Positions 1 through 13,399 of a DNA stretch of 64,000 bases are shown one piece after another. Origin of the DNA: the human T2T-CHM13v2.0 reference genome, Homo sapiens; the NCBI RefSeq assembly GCF_009914755.1, contig NC_060928.1. The stretch is one strand, 5' to 3'. The position numbers were made by a program, and so were the translations under genes. The notes beneath the pieces are model-generated. The model was not told the DNA's origin. It was given only the letters and a program-made list of their open reading frames with translations, and made no database searches. Position 1 is the stretch's first letter. Each line of letters begins with the position of its first letter.

Positions 1-1329
1 CCTGTCTCTTGAAAGAAAGAAAAGTATTTCCATTTTGAAAAGAAGATCATTTACATATTTCAATTTGGCTCCCAAATTCTATACTGTGTATATGAGCCCA
101 AGTCCATGTTGGGCATCAATATTTAATCTAGTCTGGTTTGGATGGCTTCTGATATTAGCAAGTCCAGAAGCATAAGAATATCTAGATCTTGCCCAAACAC
201 CTTGTCTCTCCACAAGGGTCCCTAGAGAGAGGTATAAAAGAAACATTAGAACATTAGACTGATAGAAAAAAAGGAGTTAGTTATATCCATATAAATATTC
301 AATAAAATAAATTTTAGAGAATTAAAAAACATGGATAAAAACTGTGGCGTAGATCTTGAAACTTAAGAATGTTCTTCTATCACTTCCTGAACTTAATTTG
401 GAATTTCATGCTTTTATAGTCACCTGTATAGTGAAAGATACCTGAAAGAGACAGAACTTTTCAGGCGATATATTGGCTTAGTAGTCCAGTCACATGTATT
501 AAGAAAGAGAAAAGAGTAGGTAATTATGTGTAATAAGTTTGTCAACTGATAAATAAGGATTAATTAATGAGCCAGCTACTAATAAAAAAAGAAGAGTTAT
601 GTTGCCTGCCTTGGGGGTGGAGGAGTTTTATTTTGCTCCTCTAATAAGTGCTATGCTAGTAAAGTAGAGAGGGAAATGGGAGTACTGAGAGTTCAAAAGA
701 CTGTGCTTGAAAATAGATAAGCAAGAATCAGTCAGATTAAAATTAAGGGAGAGTATTCTAGGCACTGAGAATAGTTTATCTATAATAGCTCATGTATTGC
801 AGATGCCGGGGTGGGAAGTTTCATTCTACAGCAATTCACACTTTTTCTGGCACTTGTATCTTGATTTTTCCTTGAAAAACAACCTCTACCTTTCTCGGTC
901 AAGGATATTTTTGCTTAACGTTTGAATATGTTACCTAACCCCAGCTAATCAGCAAATCTCATTACCTTGGTTACAATGATTGGTTAAGAAAAAGAACATC
1001 ACATAAACAGAACCAATAAAACTTACACTGAGAATTCTGAAACAAAAACCTATTCCTGGCTACCTATACCTATAATATCTTTTTTCTAGGAGGTAATTAA
1101 ATGCTTTCACCATATATTTTTTCATAAACCAGTTGGAAGATTTGTTCCACCTGTACAGTACACAGCCTTCTATCTGTTAAAAGGTTAAAGCTTTTAGTGA
1201 GGCAGGAACTATCCTGACAGTTTTAAAAGAGTTGAAACAAGACCAATTAATTTCCAGTATATTGACAAAGGGAAATAGTAGCACAAGAAAAGTTTTAAAG
1301 AATACACAAGGACCAGAATGCAAGGAATC

Positions 1330-1430
1330 CTAGGACACGGTAAATATTTATACCTGATTTTAAGAGTAATGGAAGGCCATGAAAGGTTTTTAAGGAGAAG
1401 AATGATATGATCAAATAGGCATTTACCAAT
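1330..1430 (-). mobile_element. L2 LINE fragment
   Basis: 'gagtaatggaaggccatgaaaggtttttaaggagaagaatgatatgatcaaataggcattt' resembles the reverse complement of the L2 3' region; boundaries approximate. Confidence 0.5.
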
Positions 1431-2819
1431 ATCTTTTTAATTAAAATCAAAATAAATATTAAAACTTGGATTACCATATAACTGATGGCCTTTTGCCAAT
1501 TGCAATCTATACAATATAAATGTCATTTGTATACAAACTATATATAAAATGTTAGTGACTAGAGTGGTGAATAATACTAGGCTTCTAATGCTTCCTATGG
1601 TAATTCAGTAAAATAATAATGTGTCAAAACAATCTAGTTATAATTCTAAGATTTGCCTTGCATTCAAATTGAGGCATGTCTTTGATTAACAAAGATTTGC
1701 TGGAACTACTATTATAAAGGTTTACTTTAACTTCAAGGAATTAATATTGGCTGCCACTAGCACATGTACAAAGTTGAAATTAAATGTAAATCAAAATTGT
1801 GATGCCCTACAATACCATTAGACATGGCTTCCTGAAATAAGAAAATTCCACTGGAGATACTGATTGTAAAAACAAAAAATGAATTATGACTGATATTCAC
1901 TGAATGCAAAAAAAACAATAATTATATCTGCCACTTCAGTGATATTGCCTTCGCAACTCAAATGTGCTATTAGTGTTTGGCAAAACTTTAAAATAAGGAT
2001 TTTTAAAATATCTAAGGTGATGTAAATATAAATGGGTTAACAAAATCTGATGGAATATCATTGTACAAATTATGAATCTCTCTCAGAAGTTAAGGTGTTT
2101 TCTCTACTACAGTTAAGAATGCCACTAAGAAGATAAATTTCCTTCTCATTTGGATTCAATTGTTTCATTCAGGGCAACTACAATTTAGTTCAGAGCATTC
2201 TGTGAACTCCAAAATATGACAAGACCATGAGACAAAACCAACACTTAATTATACATATTTCCTCTGGGCAAACCTGCAAAATAATCTGACTTTAACAAAT
2301 TCAGATCCAAATGTATGTGTAACTCAGATTTGAGTACACATGCACTTGGGAGATACATATATGTCAAAAGTATCGTGAGGGTATTTAATTTGTTCTACTT
2401 TTGAAAGTGTAGATTTTTTAAAATTATATTTTTACTCTATTGTTTTATTATATATATTTTTAAAATTATATTATGGGGCATATTTCCAAATGTACTATGA
2501 GTAAGTCAATTCTAAGCACTTGACAGGTTAGTTGAATTTAACAATAAATTCAGAAATGTCTTTAAAATAGTTAATTATTCCTCATTAAAACTTGTTAGTG
2601 TTTTGTTTTCAACTGTGAGTTCATAATTATGAGTAACTTAAAAAAGAAATACTAGTTCATAAAGAAATTGTCCTTGAAAACCTGAAATACAAGTATTTCA
2701 CTAAAAACACAAGTAATTTTCAGTTCATTCTTAAGATAACTGGTCTTTGGAAAATCAGAAATACTTTATAATAAATAAAAATCATTTTCAAACATGCTTT
2801 CACCTTTGAAATATTAGAT

Positions 2820-3121
2820 TTTATTTGACATTTTCTCAGTGGATCTATAACAATATTGAGAACATGAAAATGACAATATTAAATCACTTTAAAATTTTTA
2901 TTTTTACCAACTATAAATTCCTATTTGAAATTTAAAAGATAAAATGTTAAAAGAATACATTTATTGAAATGGCTGTACATGTAAGCAGGTAACTACACAG
3001 CAGACGTGGCAATATGTGTGGAGAGAAGGGTGAAAGTAGAAACAGTGGCTCAAGGCATATCTATGTACATTAGCTTTTACTGGAATGCTTATCAGAAAAG
3101 TTAAGATTCTACTTATTTATT
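2820..3121 (-). terminator. Cluster of minus-strand AATAAA polyadenylation signals, likely 3' end of the PABPC4L 3' UTR
   Basis: tttatt on the + strand at 2820-2825, 2897-2902, 2960-2965 and 3116-3121. Which site is used cannot be determined from sequence. Confidence 0.5.
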
Positions 3122-4229
3122 AAGGCACTTGGGCACAAAAGATTTAATATTCTTTAATGAATGAATCTCTATTTTCAACTAAGATAACTTGCTATTATCA
3201 CGCACCAAAAAAAATTAGAATGAACAAAATTTAAATAAATTAAATCCATAGGATTGTATATTTTTGTAAACTGACTGTCTTTTTTTTTTTTACAGCAAAT
3301 GCTGGAAATAAGCAATTTCTACTAAGAAGGCAGATTATTGTGTAATTAAGCCATAGCTATAATTCATCTAGACATCTGATGTTATGTCCTATTAACTACT
3401 TACATACATGAAAGAACTCTGTTTCCTGATATTATCTTGAAAGATTATGTAAGCATTATCAAATATTGTTCAAATATTTGAACAGTTTTACAGATTAGCT
3501 TTCCTAAATTAAGATGTAGACTAGATTATCCAGAACAAGATGTCAAGGCCAGGCACACTTAATACACTTTCCAGTCTTGTTGTCTGGTAAACCTTTTTAA
3601 CAACTTTCTGCTTCTGATACATGTTTTGGTAAATACTTACCTAGTATAAGAATCTATGTGAAACTCATATGCCAACTCTAATTCATTGGCTCTCTGAATC
3701 AAGTATTTACCAAAATACATGTTATTAAAAATGGAAAAGCACATTTTTAAAATATTTACTATAGGTTTTATATAAGATACTTTTTATGAACCAAAATTTT
3801 AGTTAGAAGCATTGAGAATATGAAAATCTGAAAGTCATAAACACAATACAGATAAATTGTGTGGGTGTATATATATTTGTGTGAATATATGTATTTAAAG
3901 TGTTCAAAATATTTTGAAGCATGACATCAAAGCCATTTCAGTAGAATACTAAAACTTTCCAGCTTAACATTCAATTTTGGAATAACCTTCAAAACTATAA
4001 AGACAGTGAAATATCAGGGGGAAAAGTCTAAAATGTAGTCATAATATGCAAAGAAATCTAAAAATCCATGTAAATAAAAAACACCCCAACAGGAAAATAA
4101 ATTATGATCATGAGACATTAACTTATAAGTATGAAAATACAAATGGTCAGTGAGTACACAAATACTGTTTAACTTTTGTAATTTACAAAAGTGAAATAAA
4201 GCAATGATGAAATGGTTTGTTTTACATAT

Positions 4230-4850
4230 CATGTTGAATTGACCAACAGCTTAAAAAAAACCCTTGTTTCTTGGAGCATATGGAAATAGGCATTCTCCTA
4301 CAATGACAATGGAAATGTAAGTGCCACAAGTATTCTGGACAGCATTTAAGCAATATTTATCAAAATTACTTTTTAAAATTGATTCTTTTTTAACCATTAA
4401 TTCTACTTCTAAACATTTTCTTAAGAAAATAGATATATTTGCATATATAAGTTCGCAAGGATGTTAATCTCCAAGTTATTTATGACAGAGGAAGAAGAAA
4501 AAAGGAAGAAATTATCTAGCAACAAGAAGTTTATCAATAAGAAATTAGTTATATTTTGGTACAGTCATTGAACAAAACATAAAAGTCACTCAGATTATAA
4601 GACAAATAATTATTGTGAGCATAAAAGTTGACCATAGCATATTGTTTAAGAAAGCAATTTCAAACAACATTTGTAATATTATCCTATTTTTCTTAAATTA
4701 CCTAGGTGTATATATGTAGAGAGAGAAAAAAATAGAAAAATATGTAACAAATTATAATAGGGAATTGGTTTGCATAATACAATTATATGCAAATTCTTTT
4801 AATTTTTTCATTGTCCATAATTTTTTATGGACTAAAAGATTTTCATTTTA
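4230..4850 (+). mobile_element. Old L1M (L1ME-like) 3' fragment, antisense within the predicted PABPC4L 3' UTR
   Basis: L1M-like phrases 'ggaaataggcattctcctaca...ggaaatgtaagtgccacaagtattctggacagcattt', 'caaggatgttaatc' and 'aatattatcctatttt'. Confidence 0.5.
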
Positions 4851-6371
4851 GAAAATGTGCAAAGAATATACATATAATTTCTATAAAAATAAAAGGCAAC
4901 AAATTTTTCTCATTCATAAGCTGAGGTATTGCCAAAAAATATTTTACTATTTCTTTTATATTAGTAATATATGAAATAGAGAATGTGAATAATAGTTATG
5001 AGAAAAAACTAAGCCAAGTAAAAATATGAAAACAGTAAAAACAAAAGCACTTGCTTGCTAGATACCTTTGGTATGAATCAGAATTTGTAAAGCAATTATT
5101 TAAATGTAATTAAATAACTCTTGCCTCGATTTCCAAATGGATTTGAAGCAGCACATATTAAAAGCCAACATAAAAAAATCCTTTAGAAAGTATTTTAAAA
5201 AGCTGAGGAATATAGATGAAAGGCAGGAGAGCAAGGAAAATAGGGGAATGGTTCTAAACTAAAAATTATGCTAGAAAACAGAATAAGTGATGTAACTTCA
5301 ATTCATCAGAAAATCAATCAGTGTTTCTGATCAATGAAGGCTAAAAGTGAACCTTAATGGGTTCCATAGCTGCCACATTCTAATAAAAGGAGATGTGAGT
5401 ACATAAAAATAGAGGAACTTACTTTTCTGAACCCTAAGAGAAAATCACTACACAAAACAATATAAAAGAGATTTTAAAAGTTTTTAAACAGAATTTCTAT
5501 AATCTGTATGTATGATTTTCATAATATTAGCATCTGGTAAAAATTTAAGATAATATATTAAGCCATATAGGTATGAAGAGATTTAAGACCAGGCCAACTT
5601 TGGATCACCTGAGTTGATAACAGATTTATAACTTAAGGAATGTAGAAGTTAAGGTTTTACAGTGCAAGTTACAATTTAGATTAACTAGTAAGTACCTGAA
5701 TTATAGTCAACTAATGGAAAGAACAAAACACATAAAGCCAGTTTTTAGGCAACATTAAAAACTTCCATCATCTTAATTTAAACCATCCGAAAAACAAGCA
5801 TGTCAGGATATAAATTTAAAAGAAATTCAACTATATCTGACTATTTTAAGCATTAATTCAAAATGAAATTAGGTCTTTAAATTCGTACTATAAATTTCTA
5901 AAAGTTTGATTTCTCAAAACTTGGATGAAAAATTAGAAAATTTCTGTTGGTAAAAATACTTTGGAATCTTTAGTTGTAAGAACTATTTTGAGCATATTTT
6001 CATAGAAGAAATTAAAGCTAGCAATATTACTAAAATAATAAATATGCAATAAATTCAAATAATTACCTCATTTCATTTGGTTCAAATGTAAAAATATATC
6101 TATTTATACTTATTGCTATGAACATATCAAAATAAGAAAAATGTGCAATATTAAAATTAGAAAATGTGCCTCTGTAAAATGAACTAAGCTCCATCTATTT
6201 TTCCACAAAAGAAAAAAAATGGCTTTGTATAAAAAACGTTTTATCATAAAGTTTACTAAACTAAGCACCCATCATGTGGAATATGAAATTTACTGAGGTC
6301 AATTCAGGCAGAGATCACTATCATTCTCCCACCTGCTGCAGATACTAGCTGGAAAGGTACGTTTTTCTTTC

Positions 6372-7691
<1,320 letters not shown>

Positions 7692-7710
7692 CTAGGACGC
7701 GGCAACAGAA

Positions 7711-8182
7711 CTGTGAAATCGCAAAGAGAGATTATTAGGACAAGACGTTCCTTCCCCTCAGATTTGTGAGAAAACTTCAAGTGGCGGGCTGGCCCTCCAT
7801 CTGAGCATTCTCCACAGACGCCCTGGTCGCTGGTTTCTGAATAAAAATAGGCCTCGCTCAGAGTGGTTTAAAGTTACAGCCGCTCAGGGAAGAACTCCAC
7901 AAGCGGAGGCGTCAGAGGCCCCAGCCGTGGAGTATGGGCTGCGAGGTTCTGCCCGGCAGAGACCCGAACCTGCCAGGTACCGGGTTCTGCAGGCGCCGCC
8001 GCCGCCGAGGCGCTGCCGGCAGCGACGCGGGCCAAGGGCGTCCTGAAGACCTAGGGGGCCCCTCCGACCTCCCGACCCGCGCGGCGCCCGGAGAAAGGAG
8101 GCGTGGGGGAAGGGGAGGCTGACAGACCGACGGACTGACGGACGCGGCGAAGCGGGCGGCCAGGCGGGGGCTGGGGGCTCAC
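7711..8182 (-). other. PABPC4L: Predicted 5'-UTR intron of PABPC4L (472 nt)
   Basis: Minus-strand donor CCG|GTGAGC (GT at 8182-8181). Acceptor ctctctttgcgatttcacAG|TT (AG at 7712-7711) with a ctaat branch-point-like motif just upstream. An alternative acceptor ttttattcAG lies at 7838-7837. Confidence 0.65.
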
Positions 8183-8420
8183 CGGCGGTCGTCTGCGGGC
8201 GGGCGGGAAGCCCGGAACTCGCGCGCTGAACTTCCCGCGCACTCGCTGCCAAGTGGGATGTTTTCTTTTTAATATTTTTTTTAAGAACGTTTTTCTTCCC
8301 CCCGCCCCTATTACACGTTTCCCACCCTCCTCAGATGGCTAAGCTGAGAAGCAGGAGGCGGTGACTGGGGTGGAGAAAGGCAGCCGAGGGGAGTGGCCCC
8401 AATAAACCCACCCGCCCGCA
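7880..8420 (-). promoter_or_regulatory. CpG-island promoter of PABPC4L
   Basis: Dense CpG from about 7880 to 8250 against an AT-rich background; GC box (ggggcgggg on minus, ~8299-8308), CCAAT at 8399-8403, TATA-like TATTAAAA on minus at 8268-8275. Confidence 0.8.
8183..8245 (-). other. PABPC4L: Predicted non-coding exon 1 of PABPC4L (5' end uncertain)
   Basis: GC-rich stretch ending at the splice donor, about 25-30 nt downstream of a TATA-like TATTAAAA. Confidence 0.5.
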
Positions 8421-8444
8421 GGGCTTTGCATGGGTCTGAGTGAA

Positions 8445-8877
8445 GGAGCCTTTCCAAATGTGGATCAGGGCCTGTCACTTCCTGGCTTCAAACCCTCCAG
8501 TGGCTTCCTTTGACTTTTGGATAAGGTCCAACATCCGCACCTTGTTCTATAAAGTTCTGCAGGATTCCTGAAATGTTCCAGCCTCAACTGCTGCTTAGTT
8601 CCCCTTACAAAACTCCAAGACACACTAGCGTTTTTCAGAGCCAACTTTATAAAAATGTGTTCTTCGGAAATGAGTTAAAATGCTCTTTCCAAATAGATGT
8701 TTTTTCTAAACCCCTCTGACAATTTAGGTTTCCCTCTTAGAAACTCTAACACTACCCTGTACTTGCCGGCTTTTGTCTAATTACAAAATATTGCATATTT
8801 CGTAACAATAGAAGCCATGTGCACTTTATTCTCAGGGACTTGCAGACAAGGGATGTGCAGTATTTATTGAACAAATC
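8445..8877 (+). mobile_element. L2 LINE 3' fragment
   Basis: 'cctgtcacttcctggcttcaaaccctccagtggcttcc' and terminal 'tatttattgaacaaat' match L2 3' motifs. Confidence 0.6.
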
Positions 8878-9020
8878 TTAGCCTCAGGTTAGTTTTCACA
8901 TCTAGTTAAATGGAGGCGGTGGCACTTATCTTAGAGAGTATTTTACGTGTGAAATGAGTTAATAGATTTGGAAATGGATAACACAATATCAGATACATAA
9001 GTGGTTTCCAGTAACAATGA
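8878..9020 (+). mobile_element. MIR fragment
   Basis: 'agttttcacatctagttaaatggagg...gaaatgagttaatagatttggaaa...acataagt' resembles the MIR core and 3' part. Confidence 0.55.
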
Positions 9021-9113
9021 TTTCATTTTCTTTAGCATTAAATAAAATTCTTTAGTATCTAATGAATCCTTAAAATTTGAATCATAATGCATCTTAGAGA
9101 GTCAATAAGTTAC

Positions 9114-9655
9114 TGTCACGGTAGCATGACCTTGATTCTCCAAGAGTGCCAGAACCTATGAAATTAACCTGTGGTCTCAGTTGTACTTGTTTACAGAAAC
9201 AAAAGCCGGGCTGGATGCCAGTAGCCACAAACAAGCCACGAGATAAAAACTCAGCTTGGCAGTGCTACTCAGACAGACCTGAATCCTCACTTCCTTATCA
9301 TATTAAAATCTCTGCCCAGTGGGGAGAGATGCCCTTTGCTAGGCACATATAGTAAGTGCCCAGTGCAAAAGAAAGAACAAGACTGCACACATTCTAGTTT
9401 TCTCTGGAAAGTCCCACCTCTTTCCAGGAATTCGCATCCTTAGTCTCCACCTTCATGCTCTAAGAGACCTTAAAAATCCCCCTTCTGCACACACCTGGGG
9501 AAAAGGTGAATGGGAAGCTCACCTTCTCTACTCTTTGAACAACAAATAAAGTTTCTGCTCTGCTTAACAGAACCTCCCGTCTTTCTACTGTCTCAATGGC
9601 AACAGGCAGGTAAAGGACCCACTGGGGTAAAACAACCCCTCTTCAGGGCAGAACA
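9114..9655 (+). mobile_element. Solo LTR (ERV1-like, family not assigned)
   Basis: TG...CA termini flanked by a 4-bp direct repeat TTAC (9110-9113 and 9656-9659); internal AATAAA near 9545 followed by a U5-like tract. Confidence 0.65.
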
Positions 9656-9738
9656 TTACCTGCAAATCTGAATTGGGTGGATCAGTTAATGTAAGGCAAA
9701 TTTAGTACTTTTTCACTTTACTGGACATAGGAAAAAAC

Positions 9739-9865
9739 TAGTGCTCTTGTTGAAAAAGCAGATTCTGATTCAGTAGCTTGAGGTGGACCTGAGATTCAAC
9801 TTTTCGAACAAGTTCCTGAGTGATGCAAATTCTGCTGGTCTCTGAACCACACTGAGTAGCAAGAC
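9739..9865. mobile_element. MER5-type hAT-Charlie DNA transposon remnant
   Basis: 'gcagattctgattcagtagcttgaggtggacctgagattc...ctgctggtctctgaaccacactgagtagcaag'. Confidence 0.7.
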
Positions 9866-10050
9866 TAAATGAATCCTCATTTAGAGGGATCTTTTCTAAT
9901 GTAAGAACTGGAAAACTAAAAATATGTGTTTAACTTGCAGAAGATAATAATACTCTAGCAAAATTCATTCTTAGAAATGCATTAAATAAAACTGGAGCAT
10001 GATTTTCACTATAAAATCCAAATTGATTGTAATCTATCTAAAATTTCCTA

Positions 10051-10612
10051 TGTGGGAGATGAGAAGATGCCACTCCAAAATATGAGAGATTACTGAGCTG
10101 AAGATAATTAAGAAGAAGCAGATGCAGGAAAGCTCACTGCCCTCCATCTACTTGCCTAAAAGCATGATAGAGTTATAATGAAAAATGTTACCTTGCCCTC
10201 CCCAAACCCACTCGCAAATGTTAGCCACTGAAGACAACTTTGGACCCTATCAGCCTGGAGAAGGTACGAGAGGAATCTATATTAACAAATTTTAACAAGA
10301 TAACTAGCATTTATCTACCATTGATTGATTCACCTTCCCCCAAGTTGCTGCCCGTAACAACTTAAAGTCCTTTTTTGTTTGTTTTACCACTTCTCTAAGA
10401 ATTTACTTAGAAGAAGAAGGTGCTATATAATCTGAAATTCACCAAAGAGGTGAGTCACCTCTTTGAGAACTACTCATTATATATTTTATATATACATGAG
10501 AATATATGTAAAATATACATACTCATGTACATATAAAATATTTTATATGTACATGAGAGTATAAAATATATATGCTAAATTACACATGAACTTGTTTGTT
10601 TTTCTCTTGTTT
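10051..10612 (+). mobile_element. ERV1 LTR, MER34-family-like
   Basis: Starts 'tgtgggagatgagaagatgccactccaaaatatg', has TATA 'ctatataa' near 10423 and 'ctctttgagaactactcat', and ends in 'gtttgtttttctcttgtt' where an Alu interrupts. Confidence 0.55.
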
Positions 10613-10943
10613 TTGTTTTTTTGTTTTGTTTTGTTTTAGTTTGTAATTTTTTTAGGCAGGGTCTCACTCTGTTAGCCAAGCTGGAGTGCAGTGATGCAAA
10701 CAGGGCTCTCTGCACCTTGGACTTCCTGGGCTCAAGCAGTCCCTCCACCTCAGCCTCTCTAAGAGTTGGAACAACAGACACATGCCACCATGCCAGGCTA
10801 TTTATTTATTTATTTATGTTTTATTGTGGAGACAGGGTCTTGCCTGTTGACCAGGACTATCTCCAGTTCCTGGGCTCAAGTGATCCTCCTGCCTTAGCCT
10901 CTCAGAATGCTAGGATTAGAGGCATAAGTCACTGTGCCTGGCT
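10613..10943 (-). mobile_element. AluJ
   Basis: Diverged dimeric Alu ('cagggtctcactctg', 'ctcaagcagtccctccacctcagcc') with a (TTTTG)n tail. Confidence 0.9.
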
Positions 10944-11999
10944 GTTTGTAAAATTTATTTCAATATGTGTTGTTCCTGTAGCATCATTTGTTCAAATAAA
11001 TAAATACAGTAATCTTTTCTTTCAGCCTGTCTTGAAATCTGCAATTTTAAAAAGGAAAAGAAATCACCAACATAGTTGTAGATACCATTAATGGATTTGG
11101 GCAGTACTCCAGCACATACTTTAAGAATTTAGATGCTATTTGGTGTTGTTTAACATAAATAAAACAGTGATTACTATGTTCAATATTATCAGGAGTTTTT
11201 TTTTTTGTTTTTGTTTTTTAAGAAAGCTCCTAAGTGTGTAGTCCCTAAGAATTTAGTCTTAAGATTTTTAATTTCTAAAAAATATAGTTTAGATCTCATC
11301 AGTTCTTTGTGTTGTTTGAATACAACGGTACTTCAGCTATAACAAGATACCAAAATATTTCAAGAACTTGTGGGTTTTTCATTTTACCTTAGTGTGATCT
11401 TCACTCGACATTTTGTGAAAAATGAGAAGAATCTCCAAATTTAGAATTTAGTCCTACATTCTCTAATCAACTTACAGGCAACTGGTACAAACCTCAGTTG
11501 GTTAAATGACTAATTATTATACATCTTCCTATTTGTTCTAGTTATGGTGTTTTTCTTTTTATATTTTAACAAATACAGCATTTTTTAAGTAACTATGATT
11601 CTTCCTTGTCTTTAATTCACTAAATCTCCTCTTTTTGTCAGTTGTGTTCAGTGAATAATTTCTTCACTTGGGGTGTCCTTTACATTTGCCCTTTCTTTCC
11701 CTTCCCTTTGCTACTGCCTTTACTTCATTTCCTTGTATATTACTGCATGAGTCTTATTCATTCACCTTCTTTGATTCGGGCTGTCTGTATATCAGTCCAT
11801 GTTGCATTTTGTTACTGGAATAATTTTACTAATCTCTCTTTCATAACATTTTAGTAAAAAAATAGCAAATGACACCAAAGACTGCAAGATCAATATCATT
11901 GTAACTACATATATTTTCTCTTGTCAAGCTAATCCCTCGCTTGCTTTATATGTACATGCAGTTAATTCTTTTAAAAATAGAAAGGAATGCAATATATTT

Positions 12000-12104
12000 G
12001 AAGAGATTATCTGCATTCTCTTGTTTATTACAGTACTATTCACAACAGACAAGATTTATGGAATCAACTGAAGTGTCCACCAGTGGATGAATGAATAAAT
12101 AAAA

Positions 12105-12135
<31 letters not shown>

Positions 12136-12340
12136 ATATATATATGTATATATACACAATGGAATATTATGCAACCATAAAAAAGATTGAAATCCTGTCA
12201 TTTGCAGCAACATGGTTGGAACTGGAAGTCATTATGTTAATTGAAATAGGCCAGGGACAGAGAGATAAATATTGCATGTTCTAACTCATATGTGAGAGCT
12301 AAAAAATTGAATCTCTTGAAAATAGACAGTAGATTGCCTA
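12000..12340 (+). mobile_element. L1MA/L1MB-type 3' fragment with embedded (TG)n(TA)n
   Basis: 'gaaatcctgtcatttgcagcaacatggttggaactggaagtcattatgttaa'; microsatellite at 12105-12155. Confidence 0.75.
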
Positions 12341-13399
12341 ATCTTGAAAAAAAATTGTAATTTTGCCTACCTTATGTTATTTAGTTCAATTGCCCTCCAA
12401 TGTACAAGGTTGTTGTGTGGGTGGCTCACAGAATTAGGAGAGGATGAGACTGCTGTTTTGCTTAAATGGCAGGAAAACCGTCAGTATTTCTACTCACTGA
12501 TATTCACAGCAATGGAAGTTATTGTTTATTTTGGTATTTATCATGAAGATATTAATAAGTAGCTATTTTGGGTATGGAAATGCATTTTAAAATAAAAATC
12601 TCTCATACTAAATTAGGTAAAATTAGTTTCTGAAGTCTTGAATCATTGTTCTGATGTAGTCAACTATTAATAAAATTTTTGTTATTTGAGTTCAAAATGG
12701 TCTTTATTGCCTTAATACATAGTAATTAAATAAAGAAAACTTGTTTTTGTTGTATTATGAAACTACCATGTTCAATTTACTACAAAGTATAATATTGTAT
12801 CTTTCAGATTATTTGGTTCTTTTTTTTGACAATAATCTCTTTCCAGTTGTTATTTGTTATTGTTGTTGTTGCTTGTGTTTTTCGTTTTGTTTTTCTTACC
12901 CAAATATAGTGTTAATTTCTTGAGAATGAGGAATATGATTTACATTTCAGAGTTACCTTTCTCTATATGGCACATATGGAAATTTTTCAATAAGTAATGC
13001 TTGATTGCTAGTAGATCTTGATGAAAGGTAAATGTCCCCCAAGGCTGAAATAGATGGTGTCAATCATCACATATCACCTGATATACAGCTTTGAGCAGAA
13101 TAAAAACAATGGAAATTCATTTACTTCAATCCCAAGCTGTCATCACACCAGTAGAAACTGATGTGAAGACTTACTTTATGATAAAAGGTTGCTTCGTTTA
13201 TGTACATCCCCTGATCCTCCTCTGTCCCCCACCACAAACTCAGTCATTTCAATGAGAAAGATAATTAGAGATAGGGCCAAGGCTCCTAAGAGAAATAAGA
13301 CAATAACATCATTCAGACCTATTTAAGAGAAAGATAAATAACATTATTCAGATCTATGTAAGCATACTGAGGTATTATATTTCAGGAAATAGCGTCAAA

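Noticed and set aside
7884-8252. 122-aa and other GC-rich ORFs over the CpG island
   Set aside because: Low-complexity Pro/Arg/Gly/Ala ORFs expected from high GC; they span the predicted intron and show no domain similarity
10575-11091. Alu-derived ORFs (also at 25413, 34537, 35640, 39984, 43016, 46299, 62132)
   Set aside because: Typical Alu translation artefacts
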